Source of the DNA: a virus
Lineage: Duplodnaviria; Caudoviricetes
IMG/VR virus record: IMGVR_UViG_3300033068_001924
Span: 3,305-67,304 of that record
Direction: 5' to 3' (one strand)
DNA: 64,000 nt
Made by a program: the position numbers and the translations under genes
Notes under the pieces: generated by a model
Told to the model about the DNA's origin: nothing
What the model saw: the letters and a program-made list of their open reading frames with translations, nothing else
The model's database searches: none
Shown: piece by piece, positions 53,698 through 63,343 of the stretch
Layout of the letters: each line of letters starts with the position of its first letter
Numbering within the stretch: position 1 is the stretch's first letter

Positions 53698-56508
53698 TTG
53701 TCAGGCCTTCGCACCATCCTGCTCGAACGCTCGCCGCTGCTGCAGAAACAGCCGCCGACCGAGCGCGACCTGCTGAGTCAATACGCCCGTTTCGCCGCCG
53801 ACCCGGAGACCAAGCGCTTCGGCCTTGGTGGTGATGTCGAGGGCGGCGCCGATCAGGGCGTCGGCGGCATGTCGAATGACGGCAACCAGTCGAACGGCAC
53901 CGAATCCAACTCGTCCACGCTCGGCGAGGCGCTCGGCGATACCTCGAATGTCGGCCCCTCCAGTTTCGGCGCTGATCTTGGTGGTGTCACCGGCGGGGTC
54001 GATTACAATGGTGGATCGCCCGGGCGTGACGTTTCTGGTGGCCTCTCCGGCAATTATTCCGGCGGCGGTGGCAATTATGACCATGCCGGCGATGTCGGTT
54101 TCGACTCGTATGGGGGCGAGCTGGGCGGCATCACTGGCGGGGTGTCGTATAACGGCGCAGGTGATCCGTCGCAGGCCGGTGGCCAGTATAACGGCCCGTC
54201 CTCCGACAATTTTGGCATGCCCGGCGGCTCTTACAACGCTTCGGAATTCGGGGGCGATGGCAGTCCAAGTCTGGCCGATCTTGGCATCGGCTCGATCGGC
54301 AGTAACCCGCTTGGTGGCAGCTTCGCCGATTACGCCCCCGGGCCGCAGCAGAGTATGGCGACCGGCCTGACGACGGAAGATGAGGTCGCGCCGGAAACAC
54401 CGATCGAGAGCCTCGCTGCGACCTCGCTAATCGCCGCTGCGCCGCCGGTGATGGCGAGCACGCTCGGCACCCCGGAGATCGACCCGCGCACCGGCATGCC
54501 GGTCGGGCTGCCGAATGCCAGCACGCTGTTCTCCCTCGATCCCCGGGTCAAGGATTCGATTGCTCGCCCCGATGCCCGGGCGCTCGCCGCCATGGGCGTG
54601 ACCGAGAACATGCGGGCACTCGCCAAGGGCAATATCGCCGCCGCGCAGATGCCGATGGAAGTGGCGATGAACCGGGCGCTGGTCGGCTATGACCAGTTCA
54701 AGGGCGCCCGCCGCCCCGGCGTCGACCTCAATGACGTCACGACGCAGGTGATGGCGCCGAGCCAGTTCTCCGGCATGAACGTGCGCGGCAGGCAGAATAA
54801 CACCGGCATCGACAGGGCGATGGCGTTTGGCCGCTCGCACCCGGAATCCTATTCGACCGCCTATGGGGTCGCCAACGACATCCTGCAGGGGCGCGCTGCG
54901 CCGCTGACCGATGGCGCGCTCAACTTCGCCGGCTACGGCCAGCACGACAAAGTCACCGGGCCGAGCCAGAATTTTGCCGGCAATATCGCCTACAACAACA
55001 GCCCTGAGGCCGCAGCGGCCTATGCCAGCCGCGCCACCTCCAGCGTCTCGCCTGACGACAATCCGGCGTTCTCGACCCCGGCGCGCGCTCCCGACAAGCC
55101 GATCTCATCGCTGGAGAATTTCACGCCCGAGGAGCCGGCACAGGTCGCGATCACGGAGGAGGATGTCGACCGCCCCACGATGAACGCGGCGACGGCACTC
55201 TCGAACTACGCCAGCTCGCTGTTCGGTGGCTATTCGGCCTATAGTCCCTACGACTATTCCGGCCTCAATGTCGACAAGAGCGGCATGCGCGATCCGGTCA
55301 ACACTCCGTCGCCGGCCCCAGCCCTGTCGCCAGCGACCCAGCGCACCCCCGACAGCCCGTGGAGCATGGGCGATTATATCGGCGCCGCTTTCGGCATCTC
55401 GCCGGCCTTCGGCAAGGATTACAACCAGCAGGTCCCCGACATCCCCAACCAAGCCGCCTTCGGGCCACAGGTGACGGCGCCGTCGGAATTGGAGAAATCC
55501 GGCATCGGCCCGATTAACGGCGTCCCGGTCGCTGCTGATCGCCAACCCGGGGTTGGTTCGCGCATTGCCGACACCCTGTCGGCATGGGGGCAGTCGCTGT
55601 TTGGTCAGGATCGTGCGGCGGCGCAATCGACCGCGATCGATCCGAGCCGGTTCGATGGCACCTTCGGCTACCAGAGCTATGCCCAGCCGGGCGGCCGGGG
55701 CGGTTTCAGCGTTGGCCCCGATCAGCGCGGCCCCGGCATGGCGAGCGAGATCACCGGCTCGCTCGGCCCGCGCAGCCCGGTCTCGGCCTCTTCTCGCTTC
55801 ACCTCGGATGATCTGCCGGCCTTGGCGCCGCAGCCGCACGAGGTCGACGCGCCGCGCCCCGGCGCCTTGGTGGCGGGCGATGGCGTCGTGCCGGGGGCAA
55901 TCCCGGATGCGCCCGGTCGGGCGGCACCGTCCCGCTCGACGGCACCGTCGCGCTCGACCAGCCCGGCGCGCGGCACACAGGCGATCACTGGCACCGAGGT
56001 TTATGGCCCGACCATGCCCGGCATGTTGCCCGGTGAAACCACCTACCCGACCCATGGCGTCATCAACCAACCCTCGACATGGGCGCATGAGAAGATTGCC
56101 GAGCGTGCCGCCCCCGGTGTTGCCGGCGCGATGGTGCCCGGGCTTGGGTTGGCCAGCCTCGCCTCCGGCCTGTTCGGCGGCCCGACCCTTGGCGGCGTAT
56201 TTGCCAATTCGGCCCCCGGTATGGACCTCTCGCTGGGTCAGCAGACCCGCGCCGACGGCACCCCGTATGAGGGCGGCCGCAGTGACCGCCCGGCTTTCTC
56301 GGGTGGGTTGGCGGCCCCCGAGGGGGCCAAGGACGACAGCACCAAGGACACCACCAAGCCGAAGGCCAAGAAAAAGGCCGCCGCCACTGGCCGGCGCTAT
56401 CTCGGCCCTGACCGCAACCCCAAGACCTACGGCTACCGGCCCGGGCGCCGCTATTTCGAGGGCGCCTTCGCCTCGGGCGGCCCTGTCACCATTAGGACCG
56501 CCCGATGA
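53698..56508 (+). CDS. Low-complexity virion protein with a cell-wall hydrolase (SleB/Hydrolase_2-like) domain
   Basis: E...VAMNR...QVMAPSQFS...A..IL.G...TDGALNF at ~54600-54930; TTG start uncertain; ATGA overlap with the portal gene. Confidence 0.6.
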   Translation: MSGLRTILLERSPLLQKQPPTERDLLSQYARFAADPETKRFGLGGDVEGGADQGVGGMSNDGNQSNGTESNSSTLGEALGDTSNVGPSSFGADLGGVTGGVDYNGGSPGRDVSGGLSGNYSGGGGNYDHAGDVGFDSYGGELGGITGGVSYNGAGDPSQAGGQYNGPSSDNFGMPGGSYNASEFGGDGSPSLADLGIGSIGSNPLGGSFADYAPGPQQSMATGLTTEDEVAPETPIESLAATSLIAAAPPVMASTLGTPEIDPRTGMPVGLPNASTLFSLDPRVKDSIARPDARALAAMGVTENMRALAKGNIAAAQMPMEVAMNRALVGYDQFKGARRPGVDLNDVTTQVMAPSQFSGMNVRGRQNNTGIDRAMAFGRSHPESYSTAYGVANDILQGRAAPLTDGALNFAGYGQHDKVTGPSQNFAGNIAYNNSPEAAAAYASRATSSVSPDDNPAFSTPARAPDKPISSLENFTPEEPAQVAITEEDVDRPTMNAATALSNYASSLFGGYSAYSPYDYSGLNVDKSGMRDPVNTPSPAPALSPATQRTPDSPWSMGDYIGAAFGISPAFGKDYNQQVPDIPNQAAFGPQVTAPSELEKSGIGPINGVPVAADRQPGVGSRIADTLSAWGQSLFGQDRAAAQSTAIDPSRFDGTFGYQSYAQPGGRGGFSVGPDQRGPGMASEITGSLGPRSPVSASSRFTSDDLPALAPQPHEVDAPRPGALVAGDGVVPGAIPDAPGRAAPSRSTAPSRSTSPARGTQAITGTEVYGPTMPGMLPGETTYPTHGVINQPSTWAHEKIAERAAPGVAGAMVPGLGLASLASGLFGGPTLGGVFANSAPGMDLSLGQQTRADGTPYEGGRSDRPAFSGGLAAPEGAKDDSTKDTTKPKAKKKAAATGRRYLGPDRNPKTYGYRPGRRYFEGAFASGGPVTIRTAR

Positions 56509-59105
56509 TCCGCGACGATGATCTTGACGAACTCGATTTCGACCCTGCCGCCAATGACGATGATGACGGGGATGAAATGGTCAGTTCGGAGCTTGACAGC
56601 GATCACCCCGAATCCCTAACCGGGGTCGAGGAATCGCCGGAATTCTACGTCAATCTGGCCGGCATCATCGACGAATCCGAGGTCGACGCAATTTCGGTGC
56701 GGCTCTACGAGCTGACCGATCAGGACAAAATCGCGCATGCCAAGCGGGTCGCCCGCTACGCCGAGGCCTCGGCCCGCACCGGGCTCGATGGCGCCCCCAA
56801 GGCCGGCGCCGATTTCGAGGGCGCTTCGCATGTCGCCAGCCCGATGATCGTCGAGGCGGCGATCGACTTCGCCTCCAGTGCGATCCGCGAGCTGATGCCG
56901 GTCGGCGGCGCCGAGGGTGGCCCGGTCAAACAGAAGACCTTGGCCAAACCGACCCAGAAGCGGGTCGACCGTGCCAAACGCAAGTCGACGCACATGAACT
57001 GGCAGCTCACCACCGAGATGCCGTCGTTTCGCGACTCGATGGAAGAGATGCTGACCCAGCTGGCGATGTCGGGCCGGCAATATATGAAGCTCTATTACGA
57101 TCCGGCCAAGCGGCGCCTGACCGAAATGTTCGTCAATTTCGACGAGGTCTGGCTGCCGGCGGCGTCGACCTCGTTTGCCAGCGCCAAGCGCCACACCCAT
57201 GCCCAGCCGGTCGACCGCATCACCTTCGGCGACCGCGTCGCGGCCGGTATCTATCGCGATCTCGACCTGACCGACGATCCGTCCGCGCCCGAGGTCAACG
57301 AGGCGCAGGCGGCGGGCGACAAGGTTGCCGGCAAGGAGCGCGACAGCACCAATCTCGACGGCACCCGGCTGGTGCGCGAGGTCTTCGCCTATATCGCGGT
57401 CCCGGGCGACGAGCTGACCGGCGGCGAGATCGCGCCCTACATCGTCTCGATCGACGACGAATCGCGGCAGGTGCTGGCGATCTACCGCAACTGGGATGAG
57501 GATGACCCGACCCGCGACCAGATCGGCGCGCTGGTCGAATTCCCCTTCATCTGGTGGCGCGGGGCGCCGATCGGCCTGCCGGACATCATCGGCGGCCTAT
57601 CGGTGGCGCAGGCCGGGGCGCTCAATGCGTTGCTCGATTCGGCCCACCTCAACAATCTGCAGGCGGCAGTTCGGCTCAAGGGCAAGAACGGCGACAACAG
57701 CAAGAATATCGAGATTGCGCCCGGCCAGATCGCCGAGATCAACGCCCCGGTCGGGGTCGACGATATTCGCAAGACGATCATGCCGCTGCCGCTCAACCAG
57801 CCCTCGGCGGTGTTGTTCTCGCTGCTCGGCTTCCTTTCCGAGGCCGGGCGCGGTGTCGTCAATGTGGCGCTCGAAAAGCTCGCCGAGGCCAAGGCCGACA
57901 TGCCGGTCGGCACCACGCTGGCCCTGATCGAGCAGGGCGCCAAGGTCTATGCCGCGATCCATTCGCGCCTGCACCGCTCGTTTGAGCGCCTGCTCAAGGT
58001 CCAGCACCAGCTCAACCGGATGTATCTCGACGAGGAGGCGCTCAAGCGTGAGGCCGGCGAGGTGCTGGCTTTCAGGGCCGATTATGAAGGCGCGATGGAT
58101 GTCGTGCCGGTCTCGGACCCCAACATTTTCTCCGAGACCCAGCGTTTCGCGCAGGTGCAGGCGGTCGCGGCCCGCGCCACTGGCAACCCGCTCTATGACC
58201 AGCGCAAGGTCGAGACGCTGATCCTCAAGCAGCTCAAGATTCCTGAGGCTGAAGACCTGCTCATCGCCGAGCCGGAGGCCAAGCGCCTCAACCCGGTCAA
58301 CGAGAACGTCGCCGCTGCGCAGGGGGCGCCGCTGATCGCCTATCCCGATCAGGACCACATCGCGCATCTGCGCACCCATATCGAGTTTCTGCTGTCGCCG
58401 CTGTTCGGCATGAATCCGATCCTGCAGCCGCTGGTGCTGCCGGTGATGATCCCGCACCTCAAGGACCACATGGTCTATGCCTATGCGGCTGCGGTCGAAG
58501 CCTCGTCGACGGCCTTGGTCGGCCGCCCGATCGTCGACCTGATGGACGATGACGACGAGGTCTCGAAGCAGATGGACGATTTCCTGTCCGAGGGCTCGAC
58601 CATCTTCCTCGATTCCGCCACCGAGATTTTCGAGGCGGTGATGCCGGCGCCGGAGCCGCCGCCGGTGCCGGGCGAGCCGCCGCCGGCGAATGCTTTCTTG
58701 GCGATGCTGACGCAGATGAACCAGCTGCTGCAGCAATTCCAGCCGCCGCCACCGCAGGACCCGGCTGCCATTGCGGCGCAGGACGTCCAGCGCAAGGGCG
58801 CCGCCGATGCCCAGAACGCGCAGATCGAGCAGGTCAAACTGCAGGTCGAAGGCCAGAAGGTCGAGGCCAAGAAGCAGGAGGTCGCCGCCAAACAGGCCGC
58901 CGTCGAGACCGACCGGCTGCAGGAGGACCGGCTGCAGCAGCGTGCGCTCGGCGTGCAGGTGCAGACCAATGCTGTCGACAATGAGGTCAAGGAGCGCATC
59001 AACACCGCCGACAACCTCACCGCGCTCACCATCGCCGAGGGCGAGATCGCGGTTGATGGTGCCAGCGCGCTGTCGACCGGCGGCGGCATCGATCCGGGGC
59101 CGTGA
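56505..59105 (+). CDS. Portal protein (podovirus type)
   Basis: 866 aa, MP.GTT.ALIEQG.KV..AIH.RLH motif, long C-terminal coiled coil; heads the capsid module. Confidence 0.85.
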   Translation: MIRDDDLDELDFDPAANDDDDGDEMVSSELDSDHPESLTGVEESPEFYVNLAGIIDESEVDAISVRLYELTDQDKIAHAKRVARYAEASARTGLDGAPKAGADFEGASHVASPMIVEAAIDFASSAIRELMPVGGAEGGPVKQKTLAKPTQKRVDRAKRKSTHMNWQLTTEMPSFRDSMEEMLTQLAMSGRQYMKLYYDPAKRRLTEMFVNFDEVWLPAASTSFASAKRHTHAQPVDRITFGDRVAAGIYRDLDLTDDPSAPEVNEAQAAGDKVAGKERDSTNLDGTRLVREVFAYIAVPGDELTGGEIAPYIVSIDDESRQVLAIYRNWDEDDPTRDQIGALVEFPFIWWRGAPIGLPDIIGGLSVAQAGALNALLDSAHLNNLQAAVRLKGKNGDNSKNIEIAPGQIAEINAPVGVDDIRKTIMPLPLNQPSAVLFSLLGFLSEAGRGVVNVALEKLAEAKADMPVGTTLALIEQGAKVYAAIHSRLHRSFERLLKVQHQLNRMYLDEEALKREAGEVLAFRADYEGAMDVVPVSDPNIFSETQRFAQVQAVAARATGNPLYDQRKVETLILKQLKIPEAEDLLIAEPEAKRLNPVNENVAAAQGAPLIAYPDQDHIAHLRTHIEFLLSPLFGMNPILQPLVLPVMIPHLKDHMVYAYAAAVEASSTALVGRPIVDLMDDDDEVSKQMDDFLSEGSTIFLDSATEIFEAVMPAPEPPPVPGEPPPANAFLAMLTQMNQLLQQFQPPPPQDPAAIAAQDVQRKGAADAQNAQIEQVKLQVEGQKVEAKKQEVAAKQAAVETDRLQEDRLQQRALGVQVQTNAVDNEVKERINTADNLTALTIAEGEIAVDGASALSTGGGIDPGP

Positions 59106-59314
59106 CCATGTGGGTTCTCGATCCGATCAGCGGCGAGCGGGTCTGGGTCGAGGAGCTGAGTCGTGAATACGCTCGTCAAAATCTGCCTGCTGCTGATCCT
59201 CCTGAGCCAGCTGATCCGGCGGCAGGCCCGGCCCCGGCGCCGCCCCCGGTCGAAAAAGATATCCACAGCCGGTTTGTCGCCAGCCTCTGCCGCACTATCC
59301 CCGTCAAGCGGTAG
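59102..59314 (+). CDS. Hypothetical protein
   Basis: ORF directly after the portal stop. Confidence 0.4.
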   Translation: MTMWVLDPISGERVWVEELSREYARQNLPAADPPEPADPAAGPAPAPPPVEKDIHSRFVASLCRTIPVKR

Positions 59315-59349
59315 GTCGGCGCCAGAGTGTGGTCTGGGAGAGATCGCGG

Positions 59350-59574
59350 GTGATCAACCTGTCGCAGCTGATCGTCGACCTTAACGAGCGCGAAGTCGCG
59401 AGCGTGATGGGATTTCTTGACGGCGCCGACGACAAGGACCCGGCCTTCGTGCTCGGGCAGATGGCGGGCGTCCGCGCCGGTCTCACCATGGCCACCACTC
59501 TGATCCGCGACGCGATGATCCGCGCCCAAGAGAGTGACAAGAGCCATGACCACGATGACGATATCGCCTTCTGA
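59350..59574 (+). CDS. Hypothetical head-module protein
   Basis: GGAG RBS plus GTG 59350. Confidence 0.55.
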   Translation: MINLSQLIVDLNEREVASVMGFLDGADDKDPAFVLGQMAGVRAGLTMATTLIRDAMIRAQESDKSHDHDDDIAF

Positions 59575-60031
59575 CCACCTGCGCAGCAAGAACATTTTCG
59601 ACATGCTGGCCTCCGGTGAGCAGCTCGCCGAGCTGGAGCGCGCCTTCCCGCTGGTCGAGCCCGGCATCCGGCCCTTTGGCGAGCGCGTGCTGATCCAGCT
59701 CAGGACCCCCAAGATCAAGACCGATGGTGGCATCCTGCTCGTGCAGGAGAGTCAGGAAATCGAGGAATGGAACAACCAGATCGGGGTGATCCGCGCCATC
59801 GGCCCGCTCGCTTTCCATAGCCGCGACAGCCGCACCTTGTGGCCCGAAGGGGCATGGGCGCGGGTCGGCGATTTCGTCCGCACCATCAAATATGGCGGCG
59901 ATCGCTGGGACATGAAAATCCCCGGCCGGCCGGATGAGAAGGCGCTGTTTGTCGTGGTCAAGGACCTCGATCTGACCGGCGCCGTCGAGGGCGATCCGAT
60001 CGCCATGACGGCGATCAACAAGAACCTGTAA
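59546..60031 (+). CDS. groES: GroES-like co-chaperonin
   Basis: IRPFGERVLIQ...KTDGGILL...G.I.AIGP...VGD.V...KYGG...D.D. Confidence 0.85.
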   Translation: MTTMTISPSDHLRSKNIFDMLASGEQLAELERAFPLVEPGIRPFGERVLIQLRTPKIKTDGGILLVQESQEIEEWNNQIGVIRAIGPLAFHSRDSRTLWPEGAWARVGDFVRTIKYGGDRWDMKIPGRPDEKALFVVVKDLDLTGAVEGDPIAMTAINKNL

Positions 60032-60043
60032 GGAGGCCTCCCG

Positions 60044-61144
60044 ATGGCTGGCGACAAGGATGACGACAAGGATACCGATCTCGGCCCGGGTGGGGTGACG
60101 ATCGAGAGCGGCATCGATCTCGATTCCGACGAGATGGTCGCGGTCGATCTCTCTGATCTGCCGCCAGCCAAGGACGACAAGGCCGGAGATGGCAGCAAGG
60201 GCGAGAAAGAGGGCGACAGCCGCGCGCGTGACGATAACGCTGATGTCGGCACCCGGCGCCGCGACAACGAGACCCGTGAGGAGAAGCGCGAGCGCCGCCG
60301 TCGCGAGGAAAAGGAATCCCGCGCCCGGCGCAACGAATTTACCCAGCGTGACCAGCGCCTGATCCGCGAATTGAGCGACGTCGTGCAGCGACAGAGCGAG
60401 GTTCTTCGCAATGTCACCGGCAAGCTCACTGCGATGGAGGTCAGCGAGGCGGTCGGTGCCCGCGATTACTGGCTGCAGCAGGAGGCGCTGTTCAAGCGCC
60501 ACCGCGCCAAGGCGCTGGAAGAGGGGCGCGGCGACGATTTCACCCGCTATGACGACAAGGCGAATGACGCCCGTGCCCGGGCGGTGAAGTTCAACAGCGA
60601 TGTTGCGGCGCATGAGGCAGCGGTCGAAAAGGAACAGACCGAGCCGCAACGCCCGCCGGCGGGGACGGTTGATGCCACCGAGGTGGCGCGCGTCACCGAG
60701 AACAACAAGGCATTTTTCCGCAACAAGTTTGCGTGGTTCGACCCAGCCGGCGAGGACGAGGCCTCCGAACTGGTGCGCCAGTTGGACGCCAAGGTCCACA
60801 AGAGCGGCCTGCGCCCCGACAATGCCGCTTATTGGCAGCAGCTCGAAGCGCTGATGGCTGAGGAGGGGCTCGACGAGGACGGCTTTGTCGATGACGACGA
60901 CGACAGGCCGGCCAAGCGCGAGCCGCGCCGCGAGCGGACAGCCCCCGCCCCGGCGCGTGACCGCGATGGTCGCTTCCGGCGTGGCCCGCCGGTTTCCGGC
61001 CGCACCGAAGGTGCGTCGGGAGCGCCGCTGATCCCGAAGGCGCTGAAACAGCAGATGATTGAAGCAGGGCTGTGGGACGACCCGGTCAAGCGCAAGGCGG
61101 TGATCGACGATTACGAGAAGAATCACGCCAAGAAAAAAGCCTGA
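60044..61144 (+). CDS. Putative capsid scaffolding protein
   Basis: Highly charged, coiled-coil, acidic N-terminus; upstream of the capsid genes. Confidence 0.65.
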   Translation: MAGDKDDDKDTDLGPGGVTIESGIDLDSDEMVAVDLSDLPPAKDDKAGDGSKGEKEGDSRARDDNADVGTRRRDNETREEKRERRRREEKESRARRNEFTQRDQRLIRELSDVVQRQSEVLRNVTGKLTAMEVSEAVGARDYWLQQEALFKRHRAKALEEGRGDDFTRYDDKANDARARAVKFNSDVAAHEAAVEKEQTEPQRPPAGTVDATEVARVTENNKAFFRNKFAWFDPAGEDEASELVRQLDAKVHKSGLRPDNAAYWQQLEALMAEEGLDEDGFVDDDDDRPAKREPRRERTAPAPARDRDGRFRRGPPVSGRTEGASGAPLIPKALKQQMIEAGLWDDPVKRKAVIDDYEKNHAKKKA

Positions 61145-61153
61145 TTGTAACCC

Positions 61154-61188
61154 CCTTGCGATCTATCCCGATGGTGCGGTATCTAGCA
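61154..61188 (+). promoter_or_regulatory. Candidate late promoter of the capsid genes
   Basis: CCCTTGCGATCTATC-N10-GGTATCTAGC. Confidence 0.5.
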
Positions 61189-61226
61189 TGACATCGTCGG
61201 GGTGGTCGCTGATTTGGAGAGCGACC

Positions 61227-61727
61227 GTGAGCGACGAACGACTGAATAAATCACGAGGCGAAACCCGCGCCGATAGGGCAGAGACCGACCGCCCTGTAAG
61301 TGAAAACCGCGAACTGACCGACGACGAGCGGTTCGAGGCTTTCCGCGCCACGTTTTACCAATCCCAGCTGTCCGATATTCCGCCAATCCCGGGCTATCAT
61401 ACCTGCTGGCTGACGACCACCAATCCACGGGACTCGATTCAAAGCCGCATACGGCTCGGCTACGAGCTGATCAGGCCCGAAGAAATCCCCGGATTCCAGT
61501 TCTCGACGATTGCATCCGGCGATTACGCCGGGGTCATCGGCGTCAACGAGATGGTCGCCGCCAAAATCCCCGAACGTCTCTACCGCATGTACATGAAGCA
61601 CGCTCACTCGGAGCGGCCGAATCAACAGGTGGAAGCGATGAACGCGGTGCGGGATGCCATCCGCGAGGAAGCCGAGAGGCGCAGCCTCAAGGTCCAAGAG
61701 GACGACGAGGTTAACGACAACTGGTAA
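61227..61727 (+). CDS. Conserved head-module protein
   Basis: GGAG RBS plus GTG; PP.PG.H..W...R...GYE....GV.EM...KIP motif. Confidence 0.6.
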   Translation: MSDERLNKSRGETRADRAETDRPVSENRELTDDERFEAFRATFYQSQLSDIPPIPGYHTCWLTTTNPRDSIQSRIRLGYELIRPEEIPGFQFSTIASGDYAGVIGVNEMVAAKIPERLYRMYMKHAHSERPNQQVEAMNAVRDAIREEAERRSLKVQEDDEVNDNW

Positions 61728-61793
61728 TCCTCCCGCCTTGCGCCACGGCGCTCTCGCGGGGGTCCCATCCACCCCTGCGAGGGAGAGCCGGCA

Positions 61794-62366
61794 ATGCCCG
61801 CCACCAACGCCCCCTTCGGTCTTGAGCCGATCCGTCACGCTTCGGGTCAGGTTCTGTTCGAGACCGCCCAGATTGCTGGCGCTTATGCCTCGGCGATCTA
61901 CAAGAACTCCCCGATCAAGTTTCTTGATGACGGCACCATCGGCATTGCCGTCTCGGGTGACGCCTTTGTCGGCTCGTTTCAGGGCTGCAAGTTTACCGAT
62001 GCGACCGGCCGCCCCCGGATGGAAAACCACTGGCCGGCGGGGCAGACGATCATGACCGGCACCACGGTCGAAGCCTTCATCACCCGCGATCCCGGCGTCA
62101 TCTACCGGATTCAGGCTGACGGCCCGATGGAGCAGACCGATATCGGCAACTGCGCCGATTTCACTGTTCTCGCCGACGATACCGGCAGCACTGCCACCGG
62201 GCTGTCGACCGCCACGATGATGGCAGCCTCCTCGACGACCATGCAGCAGCTGCAAATCGTCGGTTTCGAGCCCGGCCCGCATAACGCCTTTGCGGACGCT
62301 TTTCCCATCGCACTCGTCATGATCGCAGAGCATCAGCTCCGCGCCGTGGCGGCGGCTGGCATCTAA
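61794..62366 (+). CDS. Putative capsid decoration/cement protein
   Basis: N.PFGL.P start, beta-rich, directly upstream of the MCP. Confidence 0.6.
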   Translation: MPATNAPFGLEPIRHASGQVLFETAQIAGAYASAIYKNSPIKFLDDGTIGIAVSGDAFVGSFQGCKFTDATGRPRMENHWPAGQTIMTGTTVEAFITRDPGVIYRIQADGPMEQTDIGNCADFTVLADDTGSTATGLSTATMMAASSTTMQQLQIVGFEPGPHNAFADAFPIALVMIAEHQLRAVAAAGI

Positions 62367-62379
62367 GGGGGCCTGAGCC

Positions 62380-63294
62380 ATGCCTATCACGATGCAATCC
62401 TCTGACTTCAAGGCCGTCACCGAGCCGGTCCTCAACAAAATCTTCCTTGACCAGTACGACCTCCGCAAGGACGAGTGGAAGCAGGTCTTTACCGAGAAGA
62501 CCGGCCCGCGTCGGTCGTTCCTCGAAGAGACCGTCCTCTATGCCTTCGGCGCCGCGCCGGAGATTGCCGAGGGGGGTCCGGTCACCTATGTCTCGGGTGG
62601 TCAGCTCTACTCCAAGCGCTACACCTTCCCGCAATACGGGCTGGCCTTCGCGCTGACCAAGATGCTGATCGAGGATTCCGAGCATATCAGCCTCGGCTCG
62701 GCATTTTCCAAGGCGCTCGCCAAGTCGCTGGTCGAGACCAAGGAGACGCTGCTCACCAATCACCTCAACCGGGCCTTCAACCCGAATTTCCAAGGGGGTG
62801 ATCTGCAGCCGCTCAACTCGGCTGCGCATCCGATCAAGGGCGGCACGTTCTCGAACCTGCTGACCACGCCGGCGGCCCTGTCGCATACCTCGCTGGAGCA
62901 GATGATCACCCAGCTGCGCACGGCCGTCGACAACAACGGCAAGCGCACTCCGCTCATCGCCAAGAAACTGGTGATCAGCCCGGCGAACGAATTCACCGCC
63001 GAGGTGATCCTGTCCTCGGCGCAGAAGTCGGGCACCGCCAACAACGACATCAATGCCATCAAGTCCTTGAAAAAGGTCAGCGAAGGCGCTGCTGTCATCA
63101 CCCGCCTCACCTCCGACACCGCATGGTGGATTCAGACCGACGCCGATCAGGGCCTGCAGCTGATCATGCGCCGGCCGCTCGAAAAGAGCATGGAGGGCGA
63201 CTTCGAAACCGACAGCATGCGTTACAAAGCTACAGAACGCTACGGCTCCGGCTGGACCGATCCCCGCTGCATGTGGGGCACCCCGGGCCTCTGA
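62380..63294 (+). CDS. Major capsid protein (HK97 fold)
   Basis: 304 aa; EG..V.Y...Y...YGLAFA.T..., GGD..PL...HP, ERY..GW.DPR motifs. Confidence 0.88.
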   Translation: MPITMQSSDFKAVTEPVLNKIFLDQYDLRKDEWKQVFTEKTGPRRSFLEETVLYAFGAAPEIAEGGPVTYVSGGQLYSKRYTFPQYGLAFALTKMLIEDSEHISLGSAFSKALAKSLVETKETLLTNHLNRAFNPNFQGGDLQPLNSAAHPIKGGTFSNLLTTPAALSHTSLEQMITQLRTAVDNNGKRTPLIAKKLVISPANEFTAEVILSSAQKSGTANNDINAIKSLKKVSEGAAVITRLTSDTAWWIQTDADQGLQLIMRRPLEKSMEGDFETDSMRYKATERYGSGWTDPRCMWGTPGL

Positions 63295-63311
63295 GGCCGG
63301 TGGCTTGTAAC

Positions 63312-63342
63312 AACCCCCGGCCTGACCCGCCGGGGGTTTTTT
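63312..63342 (+). terminator. Rho-independent terminator after the MCP
   Basis: AACCCCCGGC-CTGACCC-GCCGGGGGTT followed by TTTT. Confidence 0.88.
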
Positions 63343-63343
63343 C

